Shown piece after piece: positions 56,583-64,000 of a DNA stretch of 64,000 nt. The notes beneath the pieces are model-generated. The model ran no database searches. It was not told where the DNA came from and saw only the letters and a list, made by a program, of their open reading frames with translations. The position numbers and the translations under genes are program-made. Position 1 is the stretch's first letter, and each line of letters starts with the position of its first letter. This DNA is from Eledone cirrhosa. Its lineage: Eukaryota. Location: positions 58,156,001-58,220,000 of the forward strand of contig OZ024744.1 of assembly GCA_964016885.1 (NCBI GenBank), given 5' to 3'.

Positions 56583-58212
56583 ACGATTTCTTTATTGGCC
56601 ACAAGGGCTGACATCAAGAAAAACATTACAGACGGCACGGGACGGTACAGTACGGCACGATGTGGGTTTTGTGCGTGTAAAGATTTTTATTATTTATATA
56701 AGAAAAGAAAAAGAAAAGACATAGAAACATATATATATATATATATACAATAAAAATGAAATTTGAAACAATGAAAAATATCCCAATAGGGAGGAAACCT
56801 CCGAGGGTTACTCGTGGCGAAAACCACACAAAAGACCACGGCCACCCTGACCACCAGGGCAAGCGCCCTCTCTCAATTTTTCCATTTCTCAAACTACAGA
56901 CGTATATTCAGAGCGGTCCCGTTCACGCGGACCATTCTCGCTACATTCACCCACCTTTCAACAAACTTGCTAGAGGGCAGCACTTGCCTCTCCACCCTGA
57001 TTTTCCTCTTCAAGTGAAACTTGAAAAAGTTAATTAGGGATTCGCCGAAGAGGAAAGTGTCTGTCTTTAACCCTTTTAACCTTGTCCACCACACAATCTC
57101 TTTTGCCATGGCCACCAAGCAGATGAAAACCGCCTGCCCTTCCTCCTCGGAGGAAGACGGCGAGACCATCTGCACAATGGACTCAGTCGATAACCGGATC
57201 AGTCCTACACGCGACAGCAACTGTTCGACATAGCTCCACAAGTCAGCAATGCTCGGACACTTAACGAGTGCGAGCACGACGGTTTCGTCGCTCTGCGCGC
57301 ATCTCGGACAGGCTCGGCTGACGGCACTTCCGTGCCTGTAGAGCTTATCTCGAACCGGCAGCGCTCCCTGGTAGCACTGCCAGGCCAGGGATTTTTGGAA
57401 GTTTTCCATAGGCCCCGGGCTGAAAGTTCTCCGGAAGAGAGCAAACAGCTGATCTTCTTCGACTCCCAGGATCTCTCCGAGAACGTCGTCGCTCTTCCCC
57501 TCCACTAGTCCTCTATAGAACGCCGAGGTGGATGTTCCGCCGATACTGGTGCCCATATGGCAGAGAACAGTGAGTGCCTGGAGACATTCCAGTTTCCAAG
57601 CGCTACCCCTCGGTCTTTTCCTGACCCAGGACTGGAGCTCCGTCAAGGAGACGAGCTGTGGGAAAACGTGCCTGGCAAACGGCCACCACACCTGTTCACC
57701 GTCAAGGAAGCACCAGAGATGTCGCAGCCTCAGCGCATGTTTGCGCATCGTCAGCCATGGCATGCCCAGTCCTCCACGCAACGGGTGTTGACAGCAGATG
57801 GATCGTCGAACCATGGGAGCGCGTCCCTTCCACAAAAAGCGGAACAGGAGGTGCTCCATTTGGTGAGAGTTGGGCCGGGGCAAGGGACAACGGTGAGGCG
57901 GTAGCAGAAGACGGATGCGGTGTGCGCATTCTCCACCTCCGCCCGGCCTGTCATGGACTGCTTCCTCTCGGCCCATTTCTGGGTGAGGGAGGCCACCCTG
58001 CTCGTCACCTCGCTCCAGTTTTTCTCCATCTGAGGCCCGGTCCGAACCAGACCCCGAGCAATTTAACCGGTTCGTCTGTCCAACGCCACACGACGCTATC
58101 GGACGGCATGGACTTGCCTCTCCAGGTGCCGAGCTGCAAGCCCACCGACTTTTCCTGGTTTATCGTTGCTCCTGTCATCGCTTCGTATTCCTTGATCGCG
58201 GTGCCAAACAGC
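56583..58212 (-). mobile_element. Tx1/L1-clade LINE, 5'-truncated ORF2 (RT thumb, zf-RVT)
   Basis: LFRFLWKG..PLRGGLGMP, WQCYQGALPV..CPRC..DETV; AATAAA; flanked by (AAT)n. Confidence 0.88.
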
Positions 58213-58301
58213 TATAATAATAACGACAACAACAATAATAATAATATATATATACACACACGCGCACACACATAAACATATCTACACACACATAATAGCA
58301 A

Positions 58302-58577
58302 TTAACAGCGCTGCGATCGAATGTGGCTTTTTAGCCCAGCCAATGATCTAAAATGTCATGCACAGAGTTGGCAACCAGAACATTCACTGGGAATAGCCGG
58401 CTGTGGTGGGAGTTCATGAACTTTTGCATGTCGTCTGAGTCCTCCTGCTGATTTACATTCTCTACCACATGCTTGGCAAGCATGATGAGTAGCATCTCCA
58501 ACAGCAGCCTGGTAGTCAACCACTGGTCTTACTTTATGATTGCGAAGATGACTTTAGAGTCCAGCAATTGTACGAAT
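58302..58577 (-). pseudogene. RTE C-terminal tandem C2H2 zinc-finger remnant
   Basis: one frame: [52 protein letters not shown]. Confidence 0.75.
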
Positions 58578-58589
58578 GTTTTTTCTGTT

Positions 58590-60610
58590 TATTTCTCCTT
58601 TTCTCCTTTTCTCTGGCTAAAAATTTTGAGGATGACAAGATGGCGACTTTCTTCTCCATCAATAGTGTTTTTAGCGCGAAATAGTCGCCATGTTGGTTTT
58701 AGTTTTAAATTCCCTGCCTATACCTTATTAATGACATCGCTCGGTTAGTCGCTCCTTTGCATATTGTCTCGGATGCATTCTTTTTCCTGTCCAGTTGTTT
58801 GACAGAGAAAAATAAGCGACTTTGTTTTCCTTTTCTGTTGTGTTGGAGACATTTTTCTAAACGGAGACGATTTTTTGGGGGGCAAATTACCTACGGTATA
58901 TCAATGGCATCTCATTCTGTTCTACCTACGTACACGGGCGACGTAAGGTTATGGTTCACCCAACTCGAAGCATTTTTCGAGGCGAACAGAATTGGCGAGG
59001 CACAACAACGTCCTCTGGTCCTTAGTGCAATTCCGCCGGCACTTATCCCAGCGATTAAGGACCTGGTGTTAGAGACACCCACCGACGCGACGTACAAGTC
59101 TCTGAAGGCTGAAATACGCAGCCGGACTGCACAGTCCGCAGAAAAAAGGTTTAGGGCTCTGGTCCATCTGGAGCATATCGGTGATGGCACCCATCGAACC
59201 TCCTAAGGCGAATGAAGGACCTAACGGAGGGGTTGGTAGCGGAAACTCCCATGCTGAAGCAGTTGTTCTTCTCGCGCCTACCAACCAACGTACAGGAAAT
59301 GTTGGCCCCCATTAGGGATACTTGCACGGTGGATCAGCTTGCCGCTTCTGCGGACAAAGTTTTCGAAGTTACGGGTGCTGGAGGCAGCGACGCCCTTGCC
59401 GCTGTTTCCCAACCAGCTCAGGCCACACCTGGCCATGCCATCTGCGCGGCAGCTCCTATAGAGAGCTCAGCTATTATACCGATGCAGAAGGCCATTCAGG
59501 AACTCACCCTGGAGCTCCAGAAGATGAAGGCCTGGTGTGGTGCCCGTTCGTGCCCCCGCAGCCGCGGGAGATCTCAATCTTTTAAACGCCGGTCCAAGTC
59601 ACCAGCTTCATCTTTATGCTGGTACCATCAGCGATTCGCCGAGAGAGCGAACTACTGCGTGCAACCTTGCTCGTTTCATAAGGCGGGAAACACATCCACA
59701 TTGACATCGTTGGACCTTGGCTTTTCATCAGTGGATATTCGTACCTCTTGACCTGTATCGATCGTTTTTCTTGATGGCCTGAAGCCATCCCCTTAAAAGA
59801 TATAACTGCCGAGACTGTAGCGCGTGCCCTGGTATCAGCGTGGATTACCCGCTTTGGGGTACCAACTACAGTCACCACAGACCGTGGTAGACAATTTGAG
59901 TCTCATCTTTTCTCTGAGCTCACAAAGATCATTGGCGCTCAACGGATTCGGACCACAGCCTATCATCCTGCTTCAAATGGAATGGTGGAACGATTCCACC
60001 GCCAATTAAAAGCCGCTCTTCGCGTCTATCCAGACTCTCAACGTTGGGGCGAGTACCTTCCTATTGTGTTGTTAGGAATTCGGTCATCAATAAAGGAGGA
60101 CCTTGGGTTCTCCCCGGCCGAATTACTGTATGGTGCTCCTCTAGCGTTGCCTGGGCAAATGCTTTCCCCTGTTGATCTTGCTTTCCAGGACCCTGTTTCC
60201 TACGTATCTCGTTTGCGCGCCTATTTTCAGGACTTACCGCCCATGAATACTAGGAAACAAACTATTAAAGCTGCAGTCCCGAGGGATATTGCCTCGTGGA
60301 CACATATGTTCGTAAGAAACGATGCCGTGAGACCACCTCTCACACAACCGCACTCTACCGTGTATTAGCTCGTTCTGATAAACATTTCACTGTAGACATT
60401 AAGGGATCCAGAGAGAGACCATTGGGGTTGATAGACTTAAACGGGCCCACACAGATGCTCACACACCTGAGCCACATACACCCCCATCTTTCTCTTTTGC
60501 ACACACACCTGTCACTCAACACGTATGGGAGTTACGTACCTTTGCGACGGGCGCGACTCCCAGCGGCAGATTCATGTACTAAACGGAGTTGCGTCCCCCT
60601 GGGGACTATA
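58590..60610 (+). mobile_element. Ty3/Gypsy internal remnant: Gag joined to integrase, PR-RT-RH missing
   Basis: LWFTQLEAFF, CWYHQRF..YC..PC; [31 protein letters not shown]. Confidence 0.85.
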
Positions 60611-60954
60611 TATTCGAGGACAATCAAGGCATAAGCCACACTCTACTCCTGAACTTCGAAGGGACAAGAACACCTGAGACCTTGTCAAGAGATGACTCCT
60701 GTTTCACTTCCTTCGCAACCAAGAAGAACACCGGCAGCCTAAAGAAACACTTGAACCTTACCAAGAGAAGATTTTCTGTTCTTCTCCACACACTCCAGTC
60801 TGGGAGTTGTGACCACCTGAACATCAACATGTGGTAAAATTATTTATAACAATTTATTTGACTTCTGTGAAGTAAAACCATGTCACAACTCTCACCTACA
60901 TTTATTGTCATTCTTGATAATATTTATATACACTGATACTAATTTCCTAAACAT

Positions 60955-63900
60955 CTAATGGAAACGCTCCAATTGCTTAAGGTGGAGTCTATATGTGACC
61001 CAGGTCTCGCAGGCATAAAGAAGAGAAGAGAGCACACATGCCTTGTAGACCTTTACCTTTGTCTTCTTGCATATGTCTCGCCGACCCCAGAGTCGCCTTT
61101 CTAGCTTTCCGAAAGCATCACTTGCTTTCCTAATCCTGGGTGGGATTTCATTATCGATTGACAGTGCTTCCCAGGTAGACAAACTGATCAACCACTCCAA
61201 GTCGTTTACCATACACATAGCTATTTGGTTCACTGTACTGTTTACCCGGGGCAGGTTGGTACGTGACGACGGTTTTCTTGAGACTGACAGTCAATCCTGG
61301 GGCAGTGCAAGCATCAGAAAATGCATTCAAAATGTGCTGCATATCACTTTCTGTGTGCGCTACAAGATCGCAATCATCTACATACAAGAGATCTCTTATG
61401 TAAATACTTTTGTTTTTGCAGCAAAGCACCTGATGTTAAATATACTGCCTGAGGTTCGATATCGGATGTAAACACCATGCTCGCAATTCCTAAATGCAAT
61501 ATAGAAAACCATTGCAAAGTATATGGCAAACAGGGTCGGTGCTGGAATATCCTCCTGTTTCACTCCATTTTTTACTGAGATAGGCTCCGACATGTTACCT
61601 CCGACATTAACCCAAGCCTTCATGTCGTCAAGAAACTTATCAGGGCAACCAAGTTTCTGGAGTACCTTCCATAATGCATTTCTGTTAACAGTATCGAAAG
61701 CTTTTATCAGATCGACAAAAACCTGATACAGATCCAAACCTTGTTCCATGCACTTCGCCTGGAGCTGTCTAGCTGAGAAGATCATATCAGTAGTGCCGCG
61801 CCCAGCACGAAAACTAGATTGACTTTCAGGAAGAACACAATCTGCAATGTGTGTCAGCAGACGGTCCAGAAGCACTCTACATAAAACTTTCCCTACAACA
61901 GAAAGCAATGATATACCTCTGTAGTCCCCACAATCATTCCTGTTACCCTTTCCCTTGTACAAGACCACCATTACTGCATCTCTCCAGTCCTCAGATACGG
62001 ATTCATTAGCCCATATCCTGCCAAACAAAGAGTGAAGATGTTGCAGGAGTCTCTCACCACCATATTGTAGGAGCTCTGCATGTATGCCATCCATACCTGG
62101 AGACCTTCCACTGTTCAGCTTCGAGATAACCACTGCAACCTCCACAAGCGTCGGAGGTTCTGCGAGAGCTACTTTCACAGGACTTTCTGGAATGAGATTG
62201 AGGAAATCTTCATTGACAACAGACGGCTGATTCAAAAGCTCATGAAAGTGCTCTCGCCACCTTCGTAAAATTCCTTGTGAGTCCCGAAGAAGTTCTTTGC
62301 CATCCTTGCTGCGAAGCGGTGTCACCAGAGAAGAAGACGGTCCATAAACTTCACGCAAGAGACTGTACAACAGCTTTGTGTTATTGGAATCAGCCTTCTC
62401 ACTCCACCACTGATCCTTCATCTGAGAAAGACTCCGCCTAACACGTGATTTTACATCCCTGAGTTCCTCATGCAACGTATTCCTCTCCTGTGGTTTTGCT
62501 GTCAAGTAGCGTGACAGAGCACACCTCTTATCAGCCAACAAGTCTTCTATATGTACATCAATCTCATTAAACCAGTCCTGATGTTTTCTCTGCACCAATC
62601 CCAGAACACACCTGCCTACATCATAAACCGACTTTTTAAGGGTCGGCCAAGCCTCACCAAGAACTGCAACCTGCATCTCTTCTTCTAATGTCCTCTTCAC
62701 ATTTTTATCCCTAAGACGAGCAGCATTCAATCTTCTGGGCAGAGCAACACCAGGAACCCGGATTTTACGTTTAGTGTTTAGTTTCACTTTTGCGCGTACC
62801 AGGCGGTGGTCCGTCCAGCACTCAGCTCCACGAGGAGCACGAACACACTGCACATCCTGTCTGTCACGCATCCTGACTAGGACGTAGTCCAAAAGATGCC
62901 ATTCCTTAGATGCAGGATGCATCCATGTGGTCTTGAGTTTGTTCTCTTGTTGGAACATGGTGTTGGTAACACACAGATCCAGCTCCTCACACATCTGCAG
63001 CAGGAGCATACCATTGCTGTTACACTTTCCCACCCCATGCCTTCCGATTACATTCCATGTGTTAAAATCCCTACCCACTCTAGCATTAAAGTCACCAAGC
63101 ACGATGACTTTGTCTGCCTGAGGGATATTTCTTAAAACACCTTTCAAGGCATGGTAAAAGGACACCTTTTCCTCATCGACAGAACTCATAGTTGGAGCAT
63201 ACACACTCACCAGGGTAGCATATCTTCCTTTGTCCAGCGGAACTCTCATGGACATACGACGCTCACTAATCCCTACTGGGAATTCTTCTAATTTGTTCAC
63301 AAGCACAGTCTTAACAGCAAATCCTACCCCAGCCTCTCTTCTGGTTCCTTCATCTCTTCCTTTCCAGAAAAATATATATTCTCCACACAATTCTGTAAGA
63401 CGACCATCTCCAGCTAACCTCGTCTCAGATAAAGCTACGTTGTCAAGAGCGTAACGTCGAAGCTCCTTTGCAACAAGAGCAGTTCTTCGTTCAGAACGCC
63501 CCAAGGAATCCCTGTCAAGCAGTGTCCGTACGTTCCAGCAGCCAAGACTAAATGCCTTGTTTGGCTCTATTACAGTGGCACGATGACGAGCGAGCCCAAG
63601 CTGTGATAACCTGGAGCCCCTGCCCTTATTGCCAATTATCTCTTTTGTTCCAGAACCCTTATTGCCAATTATCTCTTTTATATTGTTTTTGAACATTATT
63701 GAATTGGGGGGGGGGGGGTAATAATAATAGTGATTTCTTTATTTATTCCAATAATAATAGTAACAATAATAATAATACACTATTAATAATTAGTAATTAA
63801 TGCAATCGTGCAATGCCCGTGCGTGAAGAATATTTTTAAAGTGAGGAAAGACTGTGCACTGAGCCAATCCCAATCTCTCAGCGACAGTAGCTATAACCCG

Positions 63901-64000
63901 AAAAGAAGAAAAGATCAACATCATCGGTAACTACTGAGCCGCAGGTTTTATGTTGGAGTTAACCCAGTTTCCTGAGATGCCTTCTCCTAGAAGAATGCTG
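60955..64000 (-). mobile_element. RTE LINE (third family): 5' UTR, APE endonuclease and RT, frameshifted, 3' end lost
   Basis: CWNVRTL, ALSETR, SVYAPT, GDFNARVG, DHRLV, FVDLIKAFD, LYVDD, FVYLG, YACETW. Confidence 0.92.

Noticed and set aside
60610-60840. Short coding-like segment between the Gypsy remnant and the RTE
   Set aside because: No motif could be assigned with confidence

Overview
Eukaryotic, AT-rich, repeat-saturated DNA with no confidently identifiable host protein-coding gene. The SINE and RTE content and the long (TA)n/(TACA)n tracts suggest an octopus or other coleoid cephalopod (inference). The window is a nested mosaic of elements. These include RTE LINEs (one near-full-length copy at 20.8-24.5 kb and an inverted truncated sister, both with a C4HC3 PHD finger inserted in the RT region), Penelope-like elements, Tx1/L1 and CR1 fragments, a Chapaev3-like DNA transposon nested in an RTE, a deleted Gypsy element, hAT and piggyBac MITEs, and tRNA-derived SINEs. 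The most notable signal not visible in the ORF track is about a dozen minimal type I hammerhead ribozymes (CUGANGA...GAAA...UH, mostly with palindromic stem III). They occur in several unrelated non-coding repeat families with ~430, ~561 and ~659 bp units and in a 332-bp palindrome. These units are arranged as tandem, circularly permuted and inverted copies, as expected for retrozyme or Penelope pseudo-LTR systems. Five copies of a non-autonomous RTE (5' UTR fused to a C2H2 finger and 3' end, ~600 bp when complete) are also present. Most ORFs in the track are microsatellite artefacts. All calls were made by eye; no searches were run.
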